59,949 nucleotides of DNA from an uncultured Rickettsiales bacterium (GTDB taxonomy: Bacteria > Pseudomonadota > Alphaproteobacteria > Rickettsiales > UBA1997): contig CAJQHK010000017.1 in NCBI GenBank assembly GCA_905478165.1, positions 1 to 59,949 on the forward strand. Direction: 5' to 3'. Positions 20,930 through 30,564 of the stretch are shown here, piece after piece. A model generated the notes under the pieces. The model searched no databases, was not told the origin of the DNA, and saw only the letters and a list, made by a program, of their open reading frames with translations. Every line of letters begins with the position of its first letter. The stretch's first letter is position 1. The position numbers and the translations under genes were made by a program.

Positions 20930-21592
20930 TTAGTTATCATCATCATTAACCTCATCATCTTCATCAATTATTTCTCCATCAGTATCAGTAACATCTTCGT
21001 CAACCCCTTCTTCGTCAAATTCCTTGTCGAAATCATCATCAATATTAGATGAGCCAAAGGATATCATTTTGTTTTTAGCCTTTGATATAATCTCCTCCTT
21101 TGCTTCATCAATGGAGATGTTTTTAATTAAGGAATATTCGGTTGACAATCTTTCCAGAGCGCTTTCGTAAATTAGTCTTTCACTATATGATCTATCAGCA
21201 TCTGAGATGTCTCTGGTTAGATCCCTAAGGACTTCTGCTAGCAACCTTATGTCACCAGAATTAACTTTGTTCTCATATTCTTGAGCTCTCCTGCTCCACA
21301 TACCTTTTTGCTTTCTTGTTCCACTTTGTAGTATAGAAAGTATTTCACTCATATCCTCCAGCTCTATTAAATGGCGTAAGTTAACTTTGGATGCTTTTTG
21401 ATATGGAATAGTTAGCTTCATATTTTCTACCTCAAAAAAAACAACGATTGTCTTTATTTTTTGATTAAGAATGGTCATTTCTTTAATTTCCACTACCTTA
21501 CCTACTCCATGACTAGGGTAAACTACATAATTTCCAGTCTTGAATGTTGCTTTTTTTGTACCCGAGGTGTTTTTTCTTTGCTCCACTATCAT
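20930..21592 (-). CDS. carD: CarD/CdnL RNA polymerase-binding transcription factor with acidic tail
   Basis: VVYPSHGVG, MWSRRAQEYENKVNSGD, EVLRDL, SYSERLIYESAL. Confidence 0.93.
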   Translation of the reverse strand: MIVEQRKNTSGTKKATFKTGNYVVYPSHGVGKVVEIKEMTILNQKIKTIVVFFEVENMKLTIPYQKASKVNLRHLIELEDMSEILSILQSGTRKQKGMWSRRAQEYENKVNSGDIRLLAEVLRDLTRDISDADRSYSERLIYESALERLSTEYSLIKNISIDEAKEEIISKAKNKMISFGSSNIDDDFDKEFDEEGVDEDVTDTDGEIIDEDDEVNDDDN

Positions 21593-21668
21593 TTTGCAAT
21601 TTAAAATAAAATAAACTAAACTAAGCTAGTACTTTAGCATTGGGATTTAAGAGTTGCAATTTAAAATT

Positions 21669-23030
21669 ATGAGTAAAGCCACCTTTTTTAAATTCAAGGT
21701 CAAACATTACGTAGAAAGATTATTAGATTACAAACTATTTGATCTTATCGCCTCATCTATTGTTATTTTACTAATCATATTACATCTTTTTTTATACTCT
21801 ACTCAAAAAGAAGATAATTATCAGAAAAGTGACGAATATAAAAATATAGAAGTTAGTTTATCTGAAGATTTTAATTTTTTTCTTAACACTAATCATCTTA
21901 TCAATTATAAGATAAAGAAAAAAGACACAATTATCAAGATTTTATCTGATATAGGTATTTCCGATAATGAAATTTTTGATATCCTTAAGGTGATGAGGGA
22001 AAAAATTAACCCTAAATCAATTGTTGTTGGACAAAATTTAATTTTAAAATACCATGTCAAAAAAAGTTACAAAGACATAATAAATGAAAATAAGGAGGCG
22101 GAAGAGAGTAGTATTTTAAATGAACTAATTATTAAAGTTGATTCCGAAACTCAAATTGCCATAATTAGACAATCTGATGATTCCTATCTATCTTTTAAGG
22201 TAGAAAAAGAGCTCAACAAAAAGATAGTTAAATACGACTTTATAATAAATAATAGTCTTTTTTTTGATGGTCAAAAATTTGGGGTGCCCACAAATACCAT
22301 GATCAATATTATCAATTTATATAGTTTTGATGTTGATTTTCAGAGGGATATCAGGGCTGGTGATCGAGTTGAAATATTATTAGAAAATTTTTACGATCAA
22401 GATGGTGAATTCGTTAAAAATGGTAACATATTATTTTCATCCCTGACTTTACGTAAAAAACCAGTTGATATCTATTTATTTAATAATGGTAAGTCTAATC
22501 AGTATTTAAGTAAAGATGGAAGGTCGATTAAAAAATCTCTTTTAAAAACCCCAATTAACGGAGCGAGACTTTCTTCTGGCTTTGGCCTTAGGCGTCACCC
22601 AGTTTTAAAATATACTAAAATGCATCGGGGTCTTGATTTTGCGGCCCCACGTGGCACTCCAATTTTTGCAGCAGGTAATGGTGCCATAACATACCGCGGA
22701 AGAAGGGGTGCTTATGGAAATTTTATATTAATTAAGCATAATAATGGTTATGAAACGGCCTACGCTCACTTAAATAGATTCAATAATAAGTTCAAAAAAG
22801 GATCTAGAGTGGAGCAGGGGGATGTGATTGGTTATGTCGGCACAACTGGTCGTTCAACTGGTCCACATTTACATTATGAGATTAGAAAAAATGGCAAAAG
22901 AGTAGATCCTAGTAGAATAAAAACTATTATAAGTAAAAAATTGCCTAAGAAGGGTTTGAAAAAATTCTTTGAGCAGAAAAATTACATAGACTCCCTTCGC
23001 ACCATCACCTCTAATCAAAATCTTTTTTAA
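21669..23030 (+). CDS. M23-family peptidoglycan DD-metalloendopeptidase
   Basis: N-terminal TM, DVDFQRDIRAGD, SSGFGLRRHPV, HRGLDFAA, YAHL, STGPHLHYE; alternative TTG start at 21654. Confidence 0.93.
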   Translation: MSKATFFKFKVKHYVERLLDYKLFDLIASSIVILLIILHLFLYSTQKEDNYQKSDEYKNIEVSLSEDFNFFLNTNHLINYKIKKKDTIIKILSDIGISDNEIFDILKVMREKINPKSIVVGQNLILKYHVKKSYKDIINENKEAEESSILNELIIKVDSETQIAIIRQSDDSYLSFKVEKELNKKIVKYDFIINNSLFFDGQKFGVPTNTMINIINLYSFDVDFQRDIRAGDRVEILLENFYDQDGEFVKNGNILFSSLTLRKKPVDIYLFNNGKSNQYLSKDGRSIKKSLLKTPINGARLSSGFGLRRHPVLKYTKMHRGLDFAAPRGTPIFAAGNGAITYRGRRGAYGNFILIKHNNGYETAYAHLNRFNNKFKKGSRVEQGDVIGYVGTTGRSTGPHLHYEIRKNGKRVDPSRIKTIISKKLPKKGLKKFFEQKNYIDSLRTITSNQNLF

Positions 23031-23093
23031 AGCAATACCGGTACCAAGGTCCATGTTAAAAGCTATGTTAAAAATTAAAATATATATTAAGAT

Positions 23094-23906
23094 ATGATAG
23101 ATTGTAATTCAAAAATATTATTTTTTGGTTGTGGTAAGATGGGTTCAGCTATTTTACAAAACTTTTTAGATAAAAATATAGATCCAAAAAATATCACCAT
23201 AATTGATCCATTAATAAAAAATAAAATTATTAACATTAATTATTTTTCTTCTGTTACACAGGTTTCTGATGATCACAGGTTTGATTTAGTTATTTTTGCA
23301 TTTAAGCCTCAAGAAGCGGATAAGATTTTGTCACAAATCATTAAATATAACATTTTTTGTCAAAATACTATTTTTGTTTCAATTCTAGCTGGTATAAGGA
23401 TTGAGTTTTTTGCTAATTTTCTTGGACAAGAAGCAAAAATTATTCGTATTATGCCAAATTTACCAATGGCAATAGGCGAGGGTATCTCTGCTTTTGTTGC
23501 TAATAATCACTTAGGAGTGGACGAAGTTAAGTCTGTAATGGGTTTTTGGTCAAAAAACTTAACATTGAAGTCGGAAAAAGAAATTGATTTATTTACTGCA
23601 ATCGCCGGAAGTGGTCCAGCTTATTTGTTTTTATTTGCTAAGGAATTAATTGAAGTTGCTAAAAAATCTGGAATTGAAGATGTAGATGCAAGAAAAATGG
23701 TAGTGCAAATGCTCTATGGATCTTCTAAAATGCTTCTTGATAAAAAGTTTGATATTGTAGATTTGATTGATTCGGTAACAAGTAAAGGTGGCACAACAGA
23801 AGCTGGTTTAAATGAGTTTTATAAGGGAGGTTTTAAGGAATTAATTGAAAGGGTTGTTGAGGCGGCTTGTAGCAAATCTAAGGAATTGGGGTTGTCGCAA
23901 AAATAA
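23094..23906 (+). CDS. proC: Pyrroline-5-carboxylate reductase
   Basis: GCGKMG, RIMPN, AIAGSGPAY, VTSKGGTTEAGL. Confidence 0.95.
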   Translation: MIDCNSKILFFGCGKMGSAILQNFLDKNIDPKNITIIDPLIKNKIININYFSSVTQVSDDHRFDLVIFAFKPQEADKILSQIIKYNIFCQNTIFVSILAGIRIEFFANFLGQEAKIIRIMPNLPMAIGEGISAFVANNHLGVDEVKSVMGFWSKNLTLKSEKEIDLFTAIAGSGPAYLFLFAKELIEVAKKSGIEDVDARKMVVQMLYGSSKMLLDKKFDIVDLIDSVTSKGGTTEAGLNEFYKGGFKELIERVVEAACSKSKELGLSQK

Positions 23907-24126
23907 CTTATATATTTAACTTCATCTTTTTGCTTTGAATCTTGAGGCAGTCAGATGTGACTATGATTAAAAGCAAAATCTAAAAACCAAGGTATTTTAT
24001 TAAATATATAAGTTATTCTTGTGATAACCCTTAGGAGATCCTTAAAATAATATCATTAAATCGCAGCATTATATTTATTGGTAATGTGTAGTTTTTGGTA
24101 ATTGTGCTGTTTTGGCCAGATATTAC

Positions 24127-24201
24127 TGGTGACCCCTACGGGATTTGAACCCGTATCTCCACCGTGAAAGGGTGGCATCCTAACCATTAGACGAAGGGGC
24201 C
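24127..24201 (-). tRNA. tRNA-Glu (TTC)
   Basis: Reverse complement GGCCCCTTCGTCTAATGGTTAGGATGCCACCCTTTCACGGTGGAGATACGGGTTCAAATCCCGTAGGGGTCACCA: cloverleaf, TTC anticodon, encoded CCA. Confidence 0.97.
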
Positions 24202-24425
24202 GGAAGTAATTATAGAATATACCTACTGATTGAGGTAGAAAGTAATTTTATTTGTTAGTTTTAACAAATCAACTAATTAATTTTATTACACAATTGCAAG
24301 ATAGATGTAAGTCTCTAAAAATTTGCTAATTTCATTCAAAATCTAAAATTCGAGTAAATTTTTTATAGATTTTTATCAATATTGCATTATGATTTTGTTA
24401 TATTTAATTAATGATATTTTTATTT

Positions 24426-25364
24426 ATGACGAGTTACAAAACAAAAATTCTTATTTTAGGCTCTGGTTCTGCTGGTCTGACTGCTGCAATCTATGCTGCC
24501 AGAGCAAATTTAAAGCCAATTTTAGTTAGTGGCATACAGCCTGGTGGACAATTGACCATCACAACTGATGTTGAAAATTATCCAGGATTTGCTGATGTTG
24601 TTCAAGGTCCGTGGCTTATGGAGCAAATGGAAGAACAGGCTAAAAAAGTTGGTACCGAAATCATCTCTGATCATATTAAGGAAGTTAATTTTTCTAAAAG
24701 GCCATTCATTTTAGAGGGTGAATCTGGCGATACATATGAGGCTGAAACTTTAGTTATCTCAACTGGAGCTGCCGCTAAGTGGTTAGGATTGGAATCTGAG
24801 CAAAAGTTTCAAGGTTTTGGTGTTTCTGGTTGCGCTACTTGCGACGGCTTCTTCTTTAAAGATAAGGAAGTTATTGTTGTTGGTGGTGGTAATGCCGCTT
24901 CAGAAGAAGCTCTTTATTTAACCAATCATTGTAAAAAAGTTTATTTAGTTCATAGGAGAGACTCTCTTCGTTCAGAAAAAATCATTCAAGATCGTATTTT
25001 TGCTAATGACAAGATTGAAATGATTTGGAATCATCAATTGCTTGAGGTGTTGGGTGATGAAAATCCAAAAAATGTTACTGGAGCAATTTTAGAAAATACT
25101 CAAAATGGAGAGAGGAAGGAGATGAAAATTGATGGTATTTTTATTGCCATTGGTCATAAGCCGGCAACATCTATTTTTAAAAATAGTGGTATAGATCTTG
25201 ATAAGGAGGGGTATGTTATAACACAGCCTGGCACAAGTTTTACTAATATTGAGGGGATTTATGCTGCTGGTGATGTGCAAGATAAAATTTATCGTCAAGC
25301 TGTTACTGCCGCTGGTTCTGGATGTATGGCCGCTCTTGATGCTGAAAGATTTTTAAATGGTTAA
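24426..25364 (+). CDS. trxB: Thioredoxin-disulfide reductase
   Basis: GSGSAGLTAAIYAARA, CATCDGFF, VGGGN, AAGDVQD, QAVTAAGSGCMAA; alternative start 24411. Confidence 0.98.
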   Translation: MTSYKTKILILGSGSAGLTAAIYAARANLKPILVSGIQPGGQLTITTDVENYPGFADVVQGPWLMEQMEEQAKKVGTEIISDHIKEVNFSKRPFILEGESGDTYEAETLVISTGAAAKWLGLESEQKFQGFGVSGCATCDGFFFKDKEVIVVGGGNAASEEALYLTNHCKKVYLVHRRDSLRSEKIIQDRIFANDKIEMIWNHQLLEVLGDENPKNVTGAILENTQNGERKEMKIDGIFIAIGHKPATSIFKNSGIDLDKEGYVITQPGTSFTNIEGIYAAGDVQDKIYRQAVTAAGSGCMAALDAERFLNG

Positions 25365-25601
25365 AAGACATTTGAAAAACCTAGATTATACCAAAATTTA
25401 CCTATAGTGCAGCATCTATACTTCTTATTTTTGGACAAAAATTATCATAAAATTTAGCTAAATATATTCTGATACTAAGTATAAATTTAATAATAAATTT
25501 CTGACCTAAGATAATTTACCTAAATTCTTCATTTTCAAAGATGCTAAGGTTGTTGGATATCTATTTCTCTATTTTTTGTCAGGATCTAAAAGTTGCCCTT
25601 C

Positions 25602-26120
25602 TTACTTCGGGGCGGATTTTGATATTATGTTACAGATTGCTTGACAACAAATACCCTCCCTCCTTCCTAAAAATCCCATTTTCTCACAAGTTGTGGCCTT
25701 AATATTTATCTGATCCAAGTCAATTTCTAAAATTTTTGTTAATTTTTCTTTTATTTTGACTTTATGGTTAGAAATTTTTGGCTCTTCGCAAATAATCGTT
25801 AAATCGATATTGACTATTTTGTAATAATTTTTTGTTAGCAACCGCTTAATCTCTAGAAGCATTAATGATGAGTCGACATCTTTCCATTTTAGATCATTAT
25901 CTGGAAAATATTCTCCAATATCACCTTTTGCCATAGCGCCTAAAAGAGCGTCAATAATTGCATGAATGACTACGTCACCATCAGAATGAGCAATGATTTT
26001 TCTAGGAAAATCTATGTCAATTCCGCCAATTTTGATAAAATTATTTTCTAATTTTTTATTAGAAAATTTATGAATATCAATTCCGATACCAGATCTAACA
26101 AAATTTTCTTGCTCTGTCAT
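25602..26120 (-). CDS. ispF: 2-C-methyl-D-erythritol 2,4-cyclodiphosphate synthase
   Basis: GIGIDIH, AHSDGDVVIHAIIDALLGA, GDIGEYFP, KATTCEKMGFLGRREGI. Confidence 0.96.
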   Translation of the reverse strand: MTEQENFVRSGIGIDIHKFSNKKLENNFIKIGGIDIDFPRKIIAHSDGDVVIHAIIDALLGAMAKGDIGEYFPDNDLKWKDVDSSLMLLEIKRLLTKNYYKIVNIDLTIICEEPKISNHKVKIKEKLTKILEIDLDQINIKATTCEKMGFLGRREGICCQAICNIISKSAPK

Positions 26121-26754
26121 AATCTTCTTTATTGGTTATTTTAAAATTATTTATATCGCCAGGAACTATACCAATTATAACTTTTTCTTTTTCGCAAAGA
26201 GAAGAGTCGTCAGTGAATTTTTGATTTTGATATTTCCGATGTAATTTTAATATTAATTGATAATTAAATCCCTGAGGGGTTTGGGCTAGATGAATGTTTT
26301 CTCTGTCAATGGTATTGATAATTACTCCATTTTCAATTTTTTTAATAGTGTCGCTAACTAAAATTGTTGGAATTGCTGCTTTATTTTTGTCTAATTTTAG
26401 AATGAGATTGTCGATTACTTCTTTTGTAGCAAATGGTCTAGCACTATCATGAATTAAAACCAAGTCAGGATTTAAATTTTGAATTTTTTCAAGAGCTAAT
26501 CTGACGGAATCTTGCCTTTCGGTGCCACCAAAAACTGGTTCTAAGATTTTTAAATCAGAGATTGTGTTTTGATATAAATCAAGATCATCCTTATTGATGG
26601 CGCAAATTATATTAGAAATTTGCGAGTGATTCTTAAAGGTAGTGATACAATGATGTAAAATTGTTTTATTTTGTAATGGTAAATATTGCTTTGGAATGTC
26701 GGATTTCATTCTATTGCCGGTACCAGCTGCAACAATTATGGCAATTATTTTCAT
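26095..26754 (-). CDS. ispD: 2-C-methyl-D-erythritol 4-phosphate cytidylyltransferase
   Basis: AAGTGNRM, PKQY, GGTERQDSV, IHDSARPF, AQTPQGF, TDD, NFKIT. Confidence 0.96.
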   Translation of the reverse strand: MKIIAIIVAAGTGNRMKSDIPKQYLPLQNKTILHHCITTFKNHSQISNIICAINKDDLDLYQNTISDLKILEPVFGGTERQDSVRLALEKIQNLNPDLVLIHDSARPFATKEVIDNLILKLDKNKAAIPTILVSDTIKKIENGVIINTIDRENIHLAQTPQGFNYQLILKLHRKYQNQKFTDDSSLCEKEKVIIGIVPGDINNFKITNKEDYDRARKFC

Positions 26755-26756
26755 GA

Positions 26757-27164
26757 TTAAATTTCAGTAATTAATGAAGCGGAACTAAAGCCAGTATCGT
26801 TAATTTTTTTAATAATATCCATTATCGTGCCATAATTTAAACTTTTATCAGCTTTAATAAAAATTTTACTATTTAAATTATTATTAGTGAGTTTTTTTAA
26901 TTTTGCACCGAGAGCTCTTAGTTTAACTTTTTTATTTTCAAGATATATTAGGCCATTTTTTTTGACTGTGATTATTACTTTATTTTCTTGATAGGGATTT
27001 GATTTTTTGTCCGATCCTTTTGGTAGATCTACTTTAATATTGCCATTAAGTAAGGGAGCCGAGACCATAAAAATTATTAGCAGTACTAAAAGTACATCTA
27101 CAAAAGGTGTGACATTAATGTCGCTTATTATTTTTCTTCTACTTCTTTTGCTGCCTCTTCTCAT
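26757..27164 (-). CDS. tolR: TolR/ExbD-family protein
   Basis: [36 protein letters not shown]. Confidence 0.88.
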   Translation of the reverse strand: MRRGSKRSRRKIISDINVTPFVDVLLVLLIIFMVSAPLLNGNIKVDLPKGSDKKSNPYQENKVIITVKKNGLIYLENKKVKLRALGAKLKKLTNNNLNSKIFIKADKSLNYGTIMDIIKKINDTGFSSASLITEI

Positions 27165-27775
27165 TTTGGTAAATTGGAATTTCTAATAATAAATTTATTT
27201 GAAGAAATTATTGATTTATAGTTGGTATTTTTAAATGAAATATCTGTGATTTGATCAAGGTCGTTTTTAACGCGCATTTTTAAAAATGATAGCGGATTTT
27301 TATTAAAAATTAAATAAAATATTCCAGCTTCTTTGCGATTTTTTTTGCGGATTGATATAATATACCTTTCTCCATCATCTTTAAAGTCAAGTAATTCAAT
27401 GTCTTTTGCAGAAAATGAAATATTTTTACGAGTCAAAAATGATGCCGGTGTACTACCTGTTGGGAAGCTGGAGTTTTCTTCTAGCTCTAGATCTGAATAG
27501 GATAATATATTATTGTTGACGATAATTAAGATAGGAATTTCTTCATCATATTCAATTCTCATTTTTCCGGGGCGAGAGAGGAAAAATTTACCATAATTAA
27601 TATCTCCTTCTGGTGATGTTTGAATAAAATCAGATGTCAAATATTTAATATTATTTAGATAATTTTCAATTTTTTTTAATTTAATTTTATTTTTTTCCAA
27701 TAGATCACTAGCCATGAGGCTGGATGATAAAATAAAACAACAAGCAAAATATATTATTAACTTAACTTTTAACAT
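27161..27775 (-). CDS. lolA: Outer-membrane lipoprotein carrier LolA
   Basis: Signal peptide, [26 protein letters not shown]; ATG at 27775 preferred over the GTG at 27811. Confidence 0.88.
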   Translation of the reverse strand: MLKVKLIIYFACCFILSSSLMASDLLEKNKIKLKKIENYLNNIKYLTSDFIQTSPEGDINYGKFFLSRPGKMRIEYDEEIPILIIVNNNILSYSDLELEENSSFPTGSTPASFLTRKNISFSAKDIELLDFKDDGERYIISIRKKNRKEAGIFYLIFNKNPLSFLKMRVKNDLDQITDISFKNTNYKSIISSNKFIIRNSNLPK

Positions 27776-27838
27776 TTTTGAATTAATATTATTGATCAAC
27801 TGAAATCTCACTATCGAAATATATTAAATAGTATCATT

Positions 27839-29248
27839 ATGAATATATTACTCAATAATAGAATTTTAAAAATATTATTCTCTCTCCTTCTTCTCTTTGT
27901 AATTTTAAATTTACCCGAGAGTGAAATTTTTACAACAGAGATAATCACTGTTATTGCGGTAAGTGTTTTTATTTTTTCCTTATGGATCACTGAAGCTCTT
28001 CCGATTCCTGTAACTTCTCTTTTTCCACTGTTTATGATGCCATTATTTGGCATTATGCCAATAGGTGATGTGTCAAAAAATTATGGTAGTCCGATTATTT
28101 TTCTATTTTTAGCTGGTCTTATTTTGGCGGTTGCAATTAGCAAGTGGAAGTTAAGCAAAAGAATTGCGCTTTATATTTTAAAATTCACTAGTAAATCAGC
28201 CTCAGGAATTATGCTTGGTTTTATGATTTCTACTGCATTTTTAAGTATGTGGATTAGTAATACCGCAACGACTATGATGATGCTTCCTATTGCTATGTCC
28301 GTGATTGGAGTTTTAAGAAAGCAGGATGAAAGATTCATAGTTTTTGCTAAATATCTTTTAATCGCTATCGCCTATTCAGCTTCAATTGGTGGTATGGCAA
28401 CTTTGATTGGCACTCCTCCGAATGCTATTTTTGCCGCTTATGCTAGTGAATCTTTAAATTATGAGTTTGAATTCATTGTTTGGTTTAAAATGTTCTTCCC
28501 TTTGGTGGTTATTTTGATTTTATTAATGTGGCTTTATCTGAAAACTCTTGCTGGTAAAATTAATGCCGACTTAACTCAGGGACGTAAATTTATTGATAAT
28601 GAGTTGAAGAAATTAGGAAAAATTACTTATGAAGAAGCTAATGTTTTGTTGGTTTTTGTAATTATCGCTTGTGGCTGGATTTTTAAATCCTATTTACCTA
28701 TTAAAATATCTGACGCTTCAATCGGCATTATGGGTATCACTTTGTTATTCGCCTTACCCAATAAAAAAAGAACTGATTCGATTTTAAATTGGGAGGATGC
28801 TAGAGAAATTTCTTGGGGTACGTTGCTTTTATTTGGAGGAGGTATTTCAATCGCCAAAGCTCTTGAATCATCTGGTATTATTACTGTGTTAGGTGACTAT
28901 ATTTCTGTCTGGTCTGGCGGAAGTATTGTGTTGGCAATGGTAATTACGTTATTTTTGACAATATATTTGACAGAATTTATAGGGAATGCTGCTCTGATTG
29001 CTATTATGATTCCAATTTTAGTTGAAATTGGATTAAAAATAGGTGGTGTGGAAGCTCAATTTGATGTTGTCCTTCCTGCTGTTATCGCTTGTTCCTGCGC
29101 CTTTATGTTGCCGATGGCTACCCCACCAAATGCTATAATTTTCTCTAGTAAATTTATAAAAATTAGTGAAATGGCAAAAGTTGGATTCTTAGCAAATATT
29201 TTTGCCGGATTGGTAATATTAGGGTATTTTAGGTTTTTTATAAGTTAA
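27839..29248 (+). CDS. DASS/SLC13 sodium:dicarboxylate (or sulfate) symporter
   Basis: WITEALPIPVTSL, LSMWISNTAT, SIGGMATLIGTPPN, LLFGGG, AFMLPMATPPNAI. Confidence 0.93.
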   Translation: MNILLNNRILKILFSLLLLFVILNLPESEIFTTEIITVIAVSVFIFSLWITEALPIPVTSLFPLFMMPLFGIMPIGDVSKNYGSPIIFLFLAGLILAVAISKWKLSKRIALYILKFTSKSASGIMLGFMISTAFLSMWISNTATTMMMLPIAMSVIGVLRKQDERFIVFAKYLLIAIAYSASIGGMATLIGTPPNAIFAAYASESLNYEFEFIVWFKMFFPLVVILILLMWLYLKTLAGKINADLTQGRKFIDNELKKLGKITYEEANVLLVFVIIACGWIFKSYLPIKISDASIGIMGITLLFALPNKKRTDSILNWEDAREISWGTLLLFGGGISIAKALESSGIITVLGDYISVWSGGSIVLAMVITLFLTIYLTEFIGNAALIAIMIPILVEIGLKIGGVEAQFDVVLPAVIACSCAFMLPMATPPNAIIFSSKFIKISEMAKVGFLANIFAGLVILGYFRFFIS

Positions 29249-29249
29249 C

Positions 29250-30014
29250 TTGACTAATTATAATATTCTTCTACCACCATCGGAGGGAAAAATAGAGGGA
29301 GGAAAAGAAAAATACATTGAAGCTAAGAGTGGTCATGCATTTGGTTTTTTAGAAAAGGATAGAATATTTTTATTAAAAAATCTTTTAGATTTTATTTCTA
29401 AAGCCAATCATTCTGATTTGGAAAAATTATTTTCTGTTAAATCTAACATCTCTAATATTACGTCTTTTTTAGAAAATTTTGATCAAAAATTAACATTACC
29501 AGCGATTGAGAGATATTCTGGAGTAATGTTTAGTGCAATTGATTATCCATCTTTGGATGACGCTCAAAAAGATCGCGCAAATAATTCAATTTTATTTATT
29601 GATGCTTTATTTGGTCTTTTAAGGTTGCAGGATTTAATTCCAAATTATAAGTTAGCAATTTCTGCTAAATTTTCTGATTTTAAAATTGATCATCATTGGA
29701 AAAAAGTCCTTAAAAATCACTTAGAAGAAGCTTTAAAAGATAAAATTATTCTTGATATTTTGCCGCAGGCACATCGAAAAGCGGTTGACATTAGCAGTGA
29801 AAATCATTATTTGATAAATTTTTTTGAAATAAAAAATAATAAAGCCAAAAATGCTGGTCATATTTCTAAAAAACTTAAAGGTGAGTTTGTTCGATATATT
29901 TTGGGCTTTGATGAAATAAGTCTTGAAATTTTATATAACTTCTCACATAGTGAGGGTTATATTTATAGTGAAGATCTGTCTTCCAATAGTGAAATAATTT
30001 TTTTAAAATCTTAA
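29250..30014 (+). CDS. yaaA: YaaA (DUF328) peroxide-stress/DNA-binding protein
   Basis: ILLPPSEGK, PAIERYSGVMF, ALFGLLR..DLIPNYKL, KKLKG; TTG start. Confidence 0.85.
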   Translation: MTNYNILLPPSEGKIEGGKEKYIEAKSGHAFGFLEKDRIFLLKNLLDFISKANHSDLEKLFSVKSNISNITSFLENFDQKLTLPAIERYSGVMFSAIDYPSLDDAQKDRANNSILFIDALFGLLRLQDLIPNYKLAISAKFSDFKIDHHWKKVLKNHLEEALKDKIILDILPQAHRKAVDISSENHYLINFFEIKNNKAKNAGHISKKLKGEFVRYILGFDEISLEILYNFSHSEGYIYSEDLSSNSEIIFLKS

Positions 30015-30023
30015 ATATCAAAT

Positions 30024-30242
30024 ATGCCAAAAGATGATCTCTTGACAATCAGTGGAGTCGTAACTGAAGTTTTACCAAATACTATTTTTAGAGTAACATT
30101 GGAAAATAAATTTGTTATTACGGCCCACGCTTCTGGTAAAATTCGTAAAAATAAGATTAGAATTCTAAAAGGTGATAAGGTTGAGGTTGAAATGACAACT
30201 TACGATCTAACTAAGGGACGAATAATTAAAAGAATAGGATAG
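30024..30242 (+). CDS. infA: Translation initiation factor IF-1
   Basis: [38 protein letters not shown]. Confidence 0.97.
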   Translation: MPKDDLLTISGVVTEVLPNTIFRVTLENKFVITAHASGKIRKNKIRILKGDKVEVEMTTYDLTKGRIIKRIG

Positions 30243-30504
30243 GTTTTTAAAGAAATCTCTAACAAATATTAGTCATCTAGAGATTATCTTTTTTTATTTA
30301 GATTTGATATTTTTAAGTTAAGAAGTTGTAAGCCAAAGATTTGTAATTTTTTCATTCCTATCTAGACGAAAAAGATAAAAATGGGTCGGTGTAAAACCAT
30401 CACTGAGTCGTTACACTCCTAGACCTGGTCTTGGCCGGAGTTATGACAAAGTTTTTTGTAATATATCATCTATACTTCTTATTTATAAATGGGAAATGGT
30501 ATTA

Positions 30505-30533
30505 TTGACTTCTTGTTACCACCTTATTAATAT
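30505..30533 (+). promoter_or_regulatory. Putative sigma70 promoter for leuC
   Basis: TTGACT-17 bp-TAATAT, about 30 bp upstream of the leuC start. Confidence 0.45.
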
Positions 30534-30564
30534 TTCAGCTACATTAATTAATTAATTAACCAGC

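Noticed and set aside
23907-24126. Possible integration site at the 3' end of tRNA-Glu
   Set aside because: No integrase, no duplicated tRNA 3' end seen, and housekeeping genes on both sides.
30381-30447. Possible leucine attenuator upstream of leuC (short ORF MGRCKTITESLHS plus a GC-richer hairpin)
   Set aside because: Only one Leu codon, no terminator U-tract, and it lies upstream of the likely leuC promoter; more likely a decayed repeat.
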